Shown piece by piece: positions 35,001 through 49,321 of a stretch of DNA of 64,000 bases. The notes beneath the pieces were generated by a model. That model saw nothing but the letters and a program-made list of their open reading frames with translations. It did no database searches and was not told the DNA's origin. The number at the start of each line of letters is the position of its first letter. Positions within the stretch are counted from its first letter, which is position 1. Made by a program: the position numbers and the translations under genes. The stretch covers positions 339,698,001 to 339,762,000 of the forward strand of contig OZ024741.1 in assembly GCA_964016885.1 (NCBI GenBank). The letters are read 5' to 3'. Source of the DNA: Eledone cirrhosa (taxonomy: Eukaryota).

Positions 35001-37423
35001 CTTTGTTTTATTGGTAGTATTGGTGTCTTTGTTTTATTGGTAGTATTGGTGTCTTTGTTTTGTTGGTAGTATTGGTGTCTTTGTTTTATTGGTAGTATTG
35101 GTGTCTTTGTTTTATTGGTAGTATTGGTGTCTTTGTTTTATTGGTAGTATTGGTGTCTTTGTTTTATTGGTAGTATTGCTACCTTTGTTTTATTGGTAGT
35201 ATTGGTGTCTTTGTTTTATTGGTAGTATTGGTGTCTTTGTTTTATTGGTAGTATTGGTGTCTTTGTATTATTGGTAGTATTGGTACCTTTGTTTTAATGG
35301 TAGTATTTGTGTCTTTGTTTTATTGGCAGTATTGGTACCTTTGTTTTATTGGTAGTATTGGTACCTTTTGTTTTATTGGTAGTATAGGTAGCTTTGTTTT
35401 ATTGGTAGTATTCGTCCCTTTCGTTTTATTGGTCGTATTGGTACCTTTGTTTTATTGGTAGTATTAGTGTCTTTGTTTTATTGGTTGTATTGGTTCCTTT
35501 GTTTTATTGGTAGTATTGGTGTCTTTGTTTTATTGGTAGTATTAGTACCTTTGTTTTATTGGTAGTATTGGTGTCTTTGTTTTATTGGTAGTATTGCTAC
35601 ATTTGTTTTATTGGTAGTATTGGTGTCTTTGTTTTATTGGTAGTATTGGTACCTTTTGTTTTATTGGTAGTATTGGTACCTTTGTTTTACTGGTAATATT
35701 GGTCCCTTTTGTTTTATTGGTAGTATTGGTCCCTTTTGTTTTATTGGTAGTATTGGTACCTTTTGTTTTATTGGTAGTATTGGTGTCTTTGTTTTATTGG
35801 TAGTATTGGTACCTTTGTTTTATTGGTAGTATTGTTGTCTTTGTTTTATTGGTAGTATTGGTACCTTTTGTTTTATTGGTAGTATTGGTACCTTTTTATT
35901 ATTGGTAGTATTGGTACCTTTGTTTTATTGGTAGTATTGGTCCCTTTTGTTTTATTGGTAGTATTGGTACCTTTGTTTTACTGGTAGTATTGGTCCCTTT
36001 TGTTTTAATGGTAGTATTGGTACCTTTGTTTTATTGGTAGTATTGGTGTCTTTGTTTTATTGGTAGTATTGGTGTCTTTGTTTTATTGGTAGTATTGGTA
36101 CCTTTGTTTTATTGGTAGTATTGGTGTCTTTGTTTTATTGGTAGTATTGGAGTCTTTGTTTTATTGGTAGTATTGATACCTTTTGTTTTATTGGTAGTAT
36201 TGGTGTCTTTGTTTTATTGGTAGTATTGGTATCTTTGTTTTATTGGTAGTATTGGTACCTTTGTTTTATTGGTAGTATTGGTGTCTTTGTTTTATTGGTA
36301 GTATTGGTGTCTTTGTTTTATTGGTAGTATTGGTACCTTTGTTTTAATGGTAGTACTGGTGTCTTTGTTTTATTGGTAGTATTGGTGTCTTTGTTTTATT
36401 GGTATATTGGTACCTTTGTTTTATTGCTAGTATTGGTACCTTTGTTTTATTGGTAGTATTGGTGTCTTTGTTTTATTGATAGTATTGGTCCCTTTTGTTT
36501 TATTGGTAGTATTGGTACCTTTGTTTTATTGGTAGTATTGGTGTCTTTGTTTTATTGGTAGTATTGGTACCTTTGTTTTATTGGTAGTATTGGTGTCTCT
36601 GTTTTATTGGTAGTATTGGTACCTTTGTTTTATTGGTAGTATTGGTGTCTTTGTTTTATTGGTAGTATTGGTACCTTTGTTTTATTGGTAGTATTGGTGT
36701 CTTTGTTTTATTGGTAGTATTGGTACCTTTGTTTTATTGGTAGTATTGGTGTCTTTGTTTTATTGTTAGTATTGGTACCTTTTGTTTTATTGGTAGTATT
36801 TGTACCTTTGTTTTATTGGTAGTATTGGTGTCTTTCTTTTATTGGTAGTATTGGAGTCTTTGTTTTATTGGTAGTATTGGTGTCTTTGTTTTATTGGTAG
36901 TATTGGTACCTTTGTTTTATTGGTAGTATTGGTACCTTTGTTTTATTGGTAGTATTGGTGTCTTTGTTTTATTGGTAGTATTGGTGTCTTTGTTTTATTG
37001 GTAGTATTGGTGTCTTTGTTTTATTGGTAGTATTGGTGTCTTTGTTTTATTGGTAGTATTGGTATCTTTGTTTTATTGGTAGTATTGGTATCTTTGTTTT
37101 ATTGGTAGTATTGGTGTCTTTGTTTTATTGGTAGTATTGGTGTCTTTGTTTTATTGGTAGTATTGGTGTCTTTGTTTTATTGGTAGTATTGGTGTCTTTG
37201 TTTTATTGGTAGTATTGGTGTCTTTGTTTTATTGGTAGTATTGGTACCTTTGTTTTATTGGTAGTATTGGTACCTTTGTTTTATTGGTAGTATTGGTACC
37301 TTTGTTTTATTGGTAGTATTGGTACCTTTGTTTTATTGGTAGTATTGGTACCTTTGTTTTATTGGTAGTATTGGTACCTTTGTTTTATTGGTAGTATTGG
37401 TACCTTTGTTTTATTGGTAGTAT
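29074..37423. repeat. 8.35-kb minisatellite, 26-bp unit TTTGTTTTATTGGTAGTATTGGT(GTC/ACC), roughly 320 copies
   Basis: Continuous tandem array with two main unit variants plus 27-bp variants. Copy number is length divided by unit size. Confidence 0.98.
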
Positions 37424-37564
37424 GAGCTTCGCCTAATATAACAATGTATATATAAAAATGTAAACAGAAGCACAAATATATACAATATTACACACGCATA
37501 ATAACAAACACATTCATACACAAATATGTATTCACACAGACATAAGTGCAAGTAAATACACACA

Positions 37565-37623
<59 letters not shown>

Positions 37624-37649
37624 TCATAAGGTAAACGGATTTTGTTTCG

Positions 37650-38362
37650 TTTTTAACTTTCTTCCTTCCCATCTTTTCTTTCTTTCGTTCGTTATTCCTT
37701 ACATCGTTTTCCTTTTGTCTTTGATTTTATTCTTTGTTCCCTTTCTTCTTCGCTTTCTTCTTTCTTTTCTCACTGATTTATTTATTTCCTTCTTCATTTC
37801 ACCTTCCCTTCCTACGATGTGTCCTCTTTGCTTAACCACTCTTTCGTTCCCAATGTCCATTTCCGTTTACCTTTCATTCATTCCTTAACTTTTTTTATTC
37901 TTTCCTCTTTCCTTTCCATCACCGGAGTTTCCTTCTTTAGTTCTTGTCTATTTACTTTCATTTTTCCCCTTATTATATTTTTTCTTTCATCCACTCATTC
38001 ATTCGTTCCTTCCTTCCTTCATCATTCTTCTCAATTCACATCCCTCTTTCTTTCATCTCCTTATCTTCCTCTCTATTCGCCCCCCTTCCTTCTTTTCCTT
38101 ACCTTCCTCTCTCTACCCCCTTCCTTCTTTACCTTACCTACCTCTCTCTACCCCCTTGCTTCTTTTCCTTACCTTCCTCTCTCTCTACACCTTTCCTTTT
38201 TCTCCTTACTTTCCTCTCTATTCCCCTCCCCTCCCTTCTTTTCCTTACCTTCCTCTCTACTCCCCTCCTCCCTTCTTCTATTTACCTTCCTCTCCATTCC
38301 CCCCTCTTTCTTCCTCTTCTTACTTTCCTCTCAATCCACACCCACTTTCTTTCTACTCCTTA
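37650..38362. repeat. polypyrimidine low-complexity tract with degenerate ~30-40-bp repeats (TTCCTTACCTTCCTCTCT...)
   Basis: Strongly C/T-biased plus strand with a recurring CCTTACCTTCCTCTCT. Confidence 0.85.
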
Positions 38363-38514
38363 CATTTGCCACTGGCAAATTTTGCACAAAAAATAAACCA
38401 AAATGGGTGTTGAAAAAGTTCCAACGCCATCGTTTTAAACGAAAACGTAGAAAAAAAAAACGGGTAAAAAAAACAGTAAAGGACATTCACCTGAGAAACG
38501 GAGTCGGTGTCTGT

Positions 38515-39002
<488 letters not shown>

Positions 39003-39027
39003 CGTGTTTGGGTGTGGTTGGGACACG

Positions 39028-39579
<552 letters not shown>

Positions 39580-39624
39580 AAAAAAATGAATTGGTATTGA
39601 AAAAAATAGATAACATAAAATAAT

Positions 39625-39728
39625 TGTTTCTACTTTTGGCACAAGGCCAGCAATTAACCAGTACATTACTGGTACTTTTTATTTTATCGACCCCGTAAGG
39701 ATGAAAGACAAAGTTAACCTCGGCAGGA
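39625..39728 (-). mobile_element. SINE family A, 5'-truncated
   Basis: GTTTCTACTTTTGGCACAAGGCCAGC...ATCGACCCCGTAAGGATGAAAG. Confidence 0.85.
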
Positions 39729-40070
39729 AAATAATGATAATTGAATTCTTTTGATAAGGCACAAGGCCAGTTTATTTCTTTTTTTTAGGGTTTTTAAGAT
39801 TTTGTATTTCGCAATTTTATTTCAGGGACTTTTAACTCTTATTTGGTTTGTAGACAGGAAAGATCGGTTGTATTGATAAGATTAGATTATATGCAATACG
39901 CGCGTGTGCATGCGTTCACTCACAGGCATATGAGTATATATATGTGTGTGTGAGTGTGTGTATGTGTGCACGCACATCACACCACACACACAAACGTATA
40001 TATATATATTTATATGTATGTATAAATATATATGTATATATATAAAAATACATATGTAATATATAATATG

Positions 40071-40145
<75 letters not shown>

Positions 40146-40181
40146 GATATATTAACAAATGGAAACTATATTTATAAAACC

Positions 40182-40251
40182 ATATTTATTTCATTATACA
40201 TATTTCAAGGACACCAAGTCAAATTATGGTGCGCTTTCATCAGATAAAATA
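40182..40251 (-). ncRNA. second copy of the hammerhead motif, inside an inverted-repeat element (40143-40470)
   Basis: Minus strand TATTTTAT-CTGATGA-AAGCGCACCA-TAATTTGACT-TGGTGTCCTT-GAAA-TATGTA-TA-ATGAAATA. Confidence 0.7.
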
Positions 40252-40482
40252 TAATATAGATCAGTTTTATAAATAAATATTGACATACCCTTAAATAATG
40301 CGACCATTTCTGTTGGAAGCTCCCGGATAGATAATGAAATAAATATGGTTTTATAAATATAGTTTCCATTTGTTAATATATCGTATTTTTACTCCAATAA
40401 TTTGTTGAGTGCTTTAAATCAGTTATAAAAATATTTGCTTATTGTATCCCAACAATTTAAATAAAACTTCTACATATATATA

Positions 40483-40514
<32 letters not shown>

Positions 40515-40737
40515 TATTGTAAACGGAATAGAAAATGCTGACAAATTGTTCACAGTTGAAAAATAGTTTAATTAGGAATAAAAGAGTATTAGTAATTGTA
40601 TGGGTTAGTATTCAGTTGTGGTTTTAAGTTTCTAAGTTTTTACTGGTTGCGCATTTCTAAATGCTTTTCAAAAATAATTTTGAGATAAAGCGTCCGTGTT
40701 GTTTGCTCTGATCTGATTAGTTTTGGGAATTCTACCT

Positions 40738-40983
40738 GTTTTTATGTTAAAATAGTGGCTCCAGCGCTACTTGGTGTTGCAAAAATTCTTGTGGTCAAAA
40801 CAATTTTGATTGGTCGGTAGAGGTCATGTGAATGTAAAAAATTGATTTTGCGCCAAGACTGTTTTTATGTTAAAAAAGTGGCTCCAGCGCTACTTGGTGT
40901 TGCAAAAATTCTTGAGGTCAAAACAATTTTGATTGGTCGGTAAAGGTCATGTGAATGTAAAAAGTTGATTTTGCGCCAAGACT
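40738..40983 (+). repeat. ~123-bp tandem duplication
   Basis: GTTTTTATGTTAAAA.AGTGGCTCCAGCGCTACTTGGTGTTGCAAAAATTCTTG...TTGATTTTGCGCCAAGACTG occurs twice. Confidence 0.92.
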
Positions 40984-41006
40984 GAGAAATGACTCTTTCA
41001 CAACAA

Positions 41007-41070
<64 letters not shown>

Positions 41071-41297
41071 TAGTAGTAGTAAAGTGTTCGATGTTGTGAT
41101 AATGGTTAGCAGGGATGTGTATGCGAACCGCAGCCTGTTGACAGTTCAAATGGCTATTAAGATAAGTGTGTGTGTGTGTGTGTGTGTGTAGCAGAGTAAT
41201 TCGTGATAGCGGGATGGTCAGTAGGAATGTGTCTGTAAGCAGTGGGGGGTATTTTAGCATGTCAAAAGATATTTTTCAGCTTTTGTCTTATACGGAG

Positions 41298-41340
<43 letters not shown>

Positions 41341-41367
41341 AGTCTCTTTGTATGTTAATGTACGCGT

Positions 41368-41399
<32 letters not shown>

Positions 41400-41565
41400 A
41401 TGAGAAAATGTGTGTGTGTGTGTGGACCAGTATTTTTGCCCCCTGGTAAAATGGTGTACATTATTCGATATGTTCAGTAAAATTGGTTCTCTTAATTGAA
41501 CATCAAAAATCTTAACAATAAAAGGTGTGAAATGATATTCACTATATATATATATATACATATAT

Positions 41566-41621
<56 letters not shown>

Positions 41622-41753
41622 TTTTTTTGTATTGCACCATAGAACATGTGTGTTTACGTATGTCATTGTGTTTATATGTGGGTAGAGATGTGTGCTGATG
41701 TAGGTGTGTATGTTGATGTGTGTATGTTGTGGGTTCGTCTTAGGGAGAAGTGT

Positions 41754-43585
41754 TTAGACGGGGTCGGGTCCGTATTTGTTAATAAAGTAAGATTCCTTGC
41801 TGATGCGCTGGGTGTGGGTGGCATTATCTTTAAATTTGTAGAGGAGAAAGATTCTGAAGTTGGGATGATTTTGGGCGGCACAGGTATCAATGTGTTCACT
41901 CAGTCGTATTTTCCTGTATTCCCGTATTTTAATTTGGGATCTATGGACAGTCATGCGTTGGCGGAGGCTGTTTTTGGTCTGGCCTATGTATTGTTCTCGA
42001 CAACCTGAGCAAGTTAATACATATATTAGATTTTCCGATGCACATGTGAAATTGTGTTTTACTATAAAACGTTATCCTTCTTTGAAATAGAATTCCGAAC
42101 CCTCTATTAGATTGATGCAAATGCCACAGTTGGGTCTATCGCATTTTTTTACTGTAGGTTTCGTTGTTGTGGTTGGCAGTACTTTGGCATGTGTTAGGAT
42201 GTTTTTCATTGACTTGGATTGTCTTTTGCTCTTTATGATATCGTGTGTTCGTAGGATTTGGTTCATTCTATGGTCCTTTTTCAACACAGGGATGTTCTGG
42301 AGGATGGTGTCAAAGGCCTCATTGTTGAGGGGGTTGTGTGTGGAGATGTATGGAAGAGATTTTAGTTTCGGTTGATTTACTTTAGGGTGTCTAAGGTCCT
42401 GGGTACTGAGTTTTAGGGCACGTTGGATTCCATTGTCAATTAGTGATGCAGGGTAGTCCCTGCCTATGAGTGTGTCCTTTAGTTCTTGTAGCCATAAGTA
42501 GCAGGTGTTTTTATTGGAGACTATAGTACAGATTCTCTTGGCTAAGTTGTAGGGAATATTAATTTTAACGTGTCTAGGGTGGCAAGAGTTGAAAGGAAGA
42601 TATTGCTTGGAGTCTGTGGGCTTGTAGTATATGTCTGTTTCTATTTTTTTGTTATGGATCTTAATGAGGATGTCGAGGAAGGGGAGTTGTTGATGGCTGT
42701 ATTCCATCGTGAAGTTAATATTCGTGTTGAGCCCATTTATAAGGGTGTGAAATTCTTTAAGTTTTTCGATGTTTTCGTGCCCAAGGATGAAGCAGTCATC
42801 TAGATATCGCTTCCAGTTCCTTTCAATGTGTAAGTGGAGAGTGTTTCCAAATTTGTTTAGGACTTTAGTGTAGAGGGTGATTTCCAGGTATCCCATGACT
42901 AGGTTGGCATAAGTGGGGGCTGTTTTCGTTCCCATAGCGGTCCCAGATTTCTGCCTGTAGGGTTTGTTATTGAAAACGAAGTAATTGTTCTCCAAGATAA
43001 ATTTGAGTCCCTCTATCACGAATTCTTTTTTGATGCGTTGTGGGAGTTCATTGTGGTAATTATCCAGCCAGAATTGGATAGCTTCTATTCCTAGGTTGTG
43101 GGGGATGTTGGAGTATAGGTTGACTACATCGAACGTCACTAGTAGGGTTTGTTCAGAAAGTGGCATATTAGGGAGGTGATTGAGCATATCTAGGTCGTCC
43201 CTTATATAGGTTGTGATGTGTTTGAGAAAGAGCTTGAGAAGGGTATCAATGAAGTTGCTAAGGCGGTGGGTTTCGAAGCGGGGCCTGCTATTATAGATCT
43301 TAATTTGAGATCATTGGGTGAGGGGACATTGATGACTATGTCTGTGGCTTCCTTGCATGCCTTACTTATTAATTCGCTTTTATGTACTTTAGTACTTTAG
43401 GGATACCGTAGAAAAGGCTGGATTTACTTGTGAAGTCTGTGATGAAGCTGAATTCCTTGTTAGTGAGTCCTTCTTTGTATTGGTTGATTAGAGTTTTTAG
43501 GTTTCTCATAATTTTCTGTTGATTGTAGTGTTCAGCCTCTTCGTAGTATGTTTCGTTTTCCAAAGTAGAGAGCGCTAGGTTGATA
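41754..43585 (-). pseudogene. Penelope-type reverse transcriptase and GIY-YIG endonuclease
   Basis: FYGIPKV, LVTFDVVNLYSNIPH, GTAMGTKTAPTYANL, WKRYLDDCF, LPFLD, IYYKPTDSKQYL, CHPRHVK, the linker C..C..C, then NLIYVLTCSGCREQYIGQTKNSLRQRMTVH (GIY-YIG) after a premature stop at 42072. Confidence 0.93.
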
Positions 43586-43712
43586 TAACCCATACAATTA
43601 CTAATACTCTTTTATTCCTAATTAAACTATTTTTCAACTGTGAACAATTTGTCAGCATTTTCTATTCCGTTTACCAATATATAATAACTTGTGTGTTACA
43701 CCTCTATTCTTT

Positions 43713-43793
<81 letters not shown>

Positions 43794-43989
43794 GTAGATA
43801 TATTTATACAAATGTGTGTGCGTGAGTGTGTGTGTGTATAGAATAAGGAAAGTACGAAGTTCTGTGCAGATGTTAAATAGTCCTTTATTAACAAAGCTGT
43901 GATATATATTTTAATAACGATCATGGCCACATGATTGTTCTACGCGATATCATCAGGCAACATCTTTAGGTAATAAGCTTACTTTGTCG

Positions 43990-45110
43990 AGGCAATCCAA
44001 TATAAAAACAAAGGAATGTATAAAAATGATGTTTTCCTGAGACATTCTAATCACATGCCCATAGTATCGCAACTGCAATCTCTCAATTCGGAGAAGTAGC
44101 GGCTCTACCTGGCTCTACGCATTTTATCGGGTGACGTTACTGCAAAACCTTTCGGAGGAACCCCATTTCGGTCGCATGTATTTGCGATCGTATTCTTTCA
44201 GTCATTACCCAAGATTCATGACCATTGGTAAGGGTTGACACGAATAAAGAATTGAAGATAGTGAGTTTGACTTTTACGCCTTCCTTCCTTCTGATTACAA
44301 AATTCAGAAGCTGGCGCATTGCTGCACCAGCTCCTGCAATTCCAGAACTTAATTCAACCTCCTGCCTTCCCTTACTCAGGAACATGGCCCTGAGATACTT
44401 GAACTTCTTCACCTGCTTCAGTGAAACTCCACTAACATGTAGAGTACATTGCGTAGGCTTCTATGAGAGGACGAATACCCCAGATTTCGCAGCACTGATT
44501 TTCATTTCATCAGCACTCGGCATCAAACCTATCGAGTGCAAGTCGTAGATCACCTTCTGTCGAGTTAAGTAACACCATGTCGTCTGCACATTCCAGTCGA
44601 CTGATTTTACACCCGTCAGTCATGATAACACTTCGAAACCAAAACCGGCTGCGCATGCCAATGCTGTTCATCTAAATAATTGTTTCTACTTTTGACACAA
44701 GGCCAGCAATTACCCAGTGCATTAATGGTACCTTATTTTATCGACCCTGTAAGGATGAAAGGCAAAGTTAACCTCAGCGGGATTTGAACTGAGAATAGCA
44801 AGGGCCGTAACTCTATGTGCCAAAGCATGGCGTCCGACCCTCTACCGATACTCGGTCATTCGTATAGAGACATCATGGCAGCAAGAGGTTGACCATCAAT
44901 CCCATACTCCTGCATATCCTTCCACAGCAGGTCCCGTGGCCTTTTCAAGGTCGACAAAACAAAAATATACCTCTTGGCAATGCTCCCTCGATTTCTCGAA
45001 GTCCTGGCGCAGTTTTAATATTTGGTCAGCTGTGCTGCGTCCCAGGCGAAAATCGCATTCAGCTAGCATAAACAAGTTCTACATGTAGTTCAAGGAGAGA
45101 ACAAAATGAC
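43990..45110 (-). mobile_element. RTE-clade LINE RT fragment interrupted by a SINE
   Basis: Minus strand CFVDLEKA..RDLLWKDMQEYGIDG (44890-44975), CADDMVL (~44575-44590), FKYL, LTNGHESWVMTERIRSQIHATEMGFLRKV. Confidence 0.85.
44679..44852 (-). mobile_element. SINE family A nested in the RTE fragment
   Basis: TTGTTTCTACTTTTGACACAAGGCC...GGATTTGAACT...CCCTCTACCGATACT. Confidence 0.88.
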
Positions 45111-45405
45111 GATTCATGCGGCGTTAAATTTTTGGAAAATTTTAGTTACATGTCAGGTATGCAAAAAGCCGGAAATAATTCCATAGGTGAGACGTGAGAG
45201 GGAAGAAAATATCAGAATAGAATTTATAAGTGCACTTAAGAACTTCAAATGAAAAGTGATGAGACATAGCCATCAATCTGGAGCTGTGAAAAGGAGGCAA
45301 CGAAACGAAGTGCTCATCAGAACTATTCTCATAGAAATATTTATAAAAAATGCAAAGAGAGGCAACATTTCGACAGTGATTGAAGCCGACATGATAAGTC
45401 ACGAG

Positions 45406-45447
<42 letters not shown>

Positions 45448-45594
45448 GTGCGTGTGTGTGAAGGTGTGTCTGTGTGTGCGCAGGTTTGTGTGCGCGTATA
45501 TTATATAAATATATATATTATATAGAGGTGTGTATGCATGTATGTATATGTATGTATATGTATGCCCATACACTCTCGCACGCACACATCCACC

Positions 45595-45637
<43 letters not shown>

Positions 45638-45800
45638 ATGTTCGATGATAGTTGGCATACGATACGATATGTTTATTGACCAATTAAGATAAAAAGGAAA
45701 AAGCTTTTTAATAGAATTAGGAAGTAAGATGTAGGATTATATATATATATATATATATATATATAGGATTATAGATATATAGGAATATATATATATATAT

Positions 45801-45845
<45 letters not shown>

Positions 45846-45955
45846 TATGTAGGATAACATATATACAGGAAGTTAATAAATGTGTCAATTTCCCCCACTG
45901 ATCACGTGATATCAGCATCAGCAAATATTGAATTGGATTAAATTCTTGAATAAGT

Positions 45956-46035
45956 TTCTTCTTCTTCTTCTTCTTCTTCTTCTTCTTCTTCTTCTTCTTC
46001 TTCTTCTTCTTCTTCTTCTTCTTCTTCTTCTTCTT
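45956..46035. repeat. (CTT)n
   Basis: Perfect triplet run that explains the poly-K/R/L ORFs. Confidence 0.97.
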
Positions 46036-46125
46036 TGCCGGTTTATACCTGTGTGTGTGTATACACACACAGGTATACATACATACATACATACATATAT
46101 AAATATATATATGTGTGTGTGTGTG

Positions 46126-46165
<40 letters not shown>

Positions 46166-46266
46166 TATACATATATATATATGTGTGTGTGATAAAGAGT
46201 AATATATATATATATATATATATTACTCTTTATCACATATATATATATATATACATATATATATAC

Positions 46267-46336
<70 letters not shown>

Positions 46337-46417
46337 TACTCTTTATCACATATATATATATATACATATATATATATACATATATAATCACATATATATA
46401 TACATATATATATATGC

Positions 46418-46516
<99 letters not shown>

Positions 46517-46771
46517 CATACATATATATATATATATTAGTCTAAGCGTGAAAGAAAGCTGTAGTAAGTAAAATATATAACTGTTCATTAGATAAATTGC
46601 TCCATTGTCTCGGCGAATGAGATTGTAATGTCATTAGACATATAGAATATTTGATGCCATACCAAATACGTGCAGATGAAAAAAGTAGCTAAAAATCTCC
46701 CCCAAAGTCACAAAAGTATTCACATGCTATGTACACACACTCACAACCTCCCTCTCTCTCTCTCCGTGCAA

Positions 46772-46857
<86 letters not shown>

Positions 46858-46934
46858 ACATATATATATATATATATGTATGTATATATATATATATATA
46901 TATAGTGAAAAATGGAACGTGAACAAAACAGAGA

Positions 46935-47011
<77 letters not shown>

Positions 47012-47150
47012 CAATATATATATATATACTCTCAAGAGCGTGAAACTAATAAACCTTTGTTCGTACTGCCTCTATATATATATATATTGAGTATATGTAT
47101 ATTGTGTATATGTATATATATATATATATATTGATATGTATATCTATATA

Positions 47151-47233
<83 letters not shown>

Positions 47234-47252
47234 ATATGTACATCTATATATA

Positions 47253-47337
<85 letters not shown>

Positions 47338-47448
47338 TAAAATAACAGATTAAAGTTTAAGCAAAGAATCGCTGCTTTCACCCTTAACTGGATATATATT
47401 TTCCTTATCGAGCCCTCTTTGGATTTTAGTCTTCAATTTTATTATTAT

Positions 47449-47531
<83 letters not shown>

Positions 47532-48414
47532 TATATATATATATATCAATATTGGTAAAATTACGCGAGAGCTGAATTTTACTATCTATTTGATCATGGA
47601 TTTCTACTGATTTTTTTTTTGTACCGTGTTTATTTGTATATATGTAAGTAAACATTACATATATATATACATTCATACGAGGGTGCATGCATGCATACCT
47701 TTTTCTATCCATCTATCCATACGTCCATACATGCATGCATGCATTTATATATATATATTTATATATATGTGTATGCACACACACACACATACACACACAC
47801 ACATATGTATATATATATGTGCATGCATGCACGTATACATCCATTCTTATATATATACTTGCCGACATATACGCATACATAAACACACTCACGTATACAT
47901 CTATAAAGCATGGTCTTGAAAAACTTGCTGAGTTCGGTCGGTCGTATATTCAGTAAGGTTAATTTATTCCCATAAACCTTTCACACACCATTCATAGTAA
48001 ACATGCAATTTAACTTACTCTTTATACCTTTATGATTTTATTTTGAAATTTTATGATTATAGTTATAACATTTTTAGAGCAGACCATGTTGCCATAGTTA
48101 CGTATCCACAACCAATCTGTCTTTCAGTGACTCTTTTCCTCAAACCAACGTCACCAGCAGCTGCTCAATATGTTTGATAAGCTTATTCAGGGATTGAAAG
48201 CTGATTCATTTCTCAGTAGTTTGTTCATCAACAGATTGATGATTAACAGTTTAAAGGCAAAGTTTATCTCGGTGAGATTTGAACTAATTCGCAGATATCC
48301 GGAACGAATACTGCCAAGCATTCTATTCAACATTTTAGCGGCTCCACCAATACGCCACCTACGGTAACACGGTACACATGAAACAAATACTAAAGTTTTA
48401 TGATTGTACTACCT

Positions 48415-48703
48415 CAGTCATGGGCAGCCTGCGGCCCGCGGAGCTTTCTGAATGGCTCGCCTAAGTCACCTAAGTGAAATCTTTCGATTATTTTACACAA
48501 ACTTTTCAGTCGCAATTTATCTTTCTATCATTTTTACGATCGAAAAAAACAACGTGTACGAATTCTGAAGAGACAAATCCAAACAACCCGAGTTACCACC
48601 CTTTCTTTTATGTGGGCACGAATGTAAATTAGCGCTCGCGGTCCGCCTGATGATGAGCTACATCTCATGCGGCCCGCTTCTCTAAAAAGGTTGCCCATGC
48701 CTG
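48415..48703. mobile_element. hAT (Charlie-like) MITE, 289 bp
   Basis: TIRs CAGTCATGGGCAGCCT / AGGTTGCCCATGCCTG, subterminal GCGGCCCG motifs, and a perfect 8-bp TSD TACTACCT (48407-48414, 48704-48711). Confidence 0.9.
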
Positions 48704-49131
48704 TACTACCTACTTAAAGCAAATCGTCCAAAAACTTGTCCCAGCCATGGATTCTTAACTTCTGATTGAGTTGCAGGCGTATTGTTGTGACATATGATTA
48801 TATTAAACCCGGTAGAGCCTATCCCTGTTCAGGTCTGAAAATAGCAGATATCTTCCAGAGAAATAGAATTCGTTGAGGAAGAGGGAGTAAGAGAGAAAGA
48901 GAGTGAAAGAGTAAGTGAAAAGAAATATAGAGGAATGATTAATACCAGTAATATACTAGTATTTTATGTACAGATCTGGAAAGGATGAAGGGCCATTACT
49001 CATTCATAATTTACGTAACATGGCTAAACTTCTCTAGCCAGAGTTTTCAGCGGGAAACCGCAAAACTCAAAGTAGCAAAAGAGAATATTCTCAGTAATAT
49101 GATAAATATATCAATGATTATCAAGAGAAAA

Positions 49132-49321
49132 AGGCGGTGGTTTGGCAGTATCGGGAGAGGGTCGGACGCCATGCTTTGACGCATAGAGTTACGGCCCTTG
49201 CCATTCTGAGTTCAAATCCTGCCGAGGTTAACTTTGCCTTTCATCCTTACGGGGTCGATAAAATAAAGTACCAGTAATGTACTGGGTATTTGCAGGCCTT
49301 GTGCCTAAAGTAGAAACAGTT
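49132..49321 (+). mobile_element. SINE family A, full length
   Basis: GGCGGTGGTTTGGCAGTATCGG...GAGTTCAAATCC...GGCCTTGTGCCTAAAGTAGAAAC. TSD-like ATTATCAAGA(G)AAAAA on both sides. Confidence 0.9.

Larger units (their letters stand above)
40519..43716 (-). mobile_element. Penelope-like element (RT + GIY-YIG), 5'-truncated, with inverted terminal segment
   Basis: Coding remnants span ~41750-43585. An 89-bp inverted repeat lies at 40519-40607 / 43586-43674, with (TA)n outside both ends. The 3' boundary is inferred from the inverted repeat. Confidence 0.82.

Noticed and set aside
29074-37423. CRISPR-like array
   Set aside because: Units are directly tandem with no unique spacers, there are no cas genes, and the context is eukaryotic.
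45290-45410. CTGATGAG and GAAATGTTG motifs on the minus strand
   Set aside because: The order and pairing do not give a hammerhead. At best it is a scrambled remnant.
48070-48367. Possible host exon or 65-aa ORF
   Set aside because: All frames after the candidate acceptor hit stops quickly and there is no recognisable motif.
49132-49225. tRNA genes at A/B-box motifs
   Set aside because: These are SINE heads: no complete cloverleaf, always followed by the SINE core and tail, and several have TSDs.
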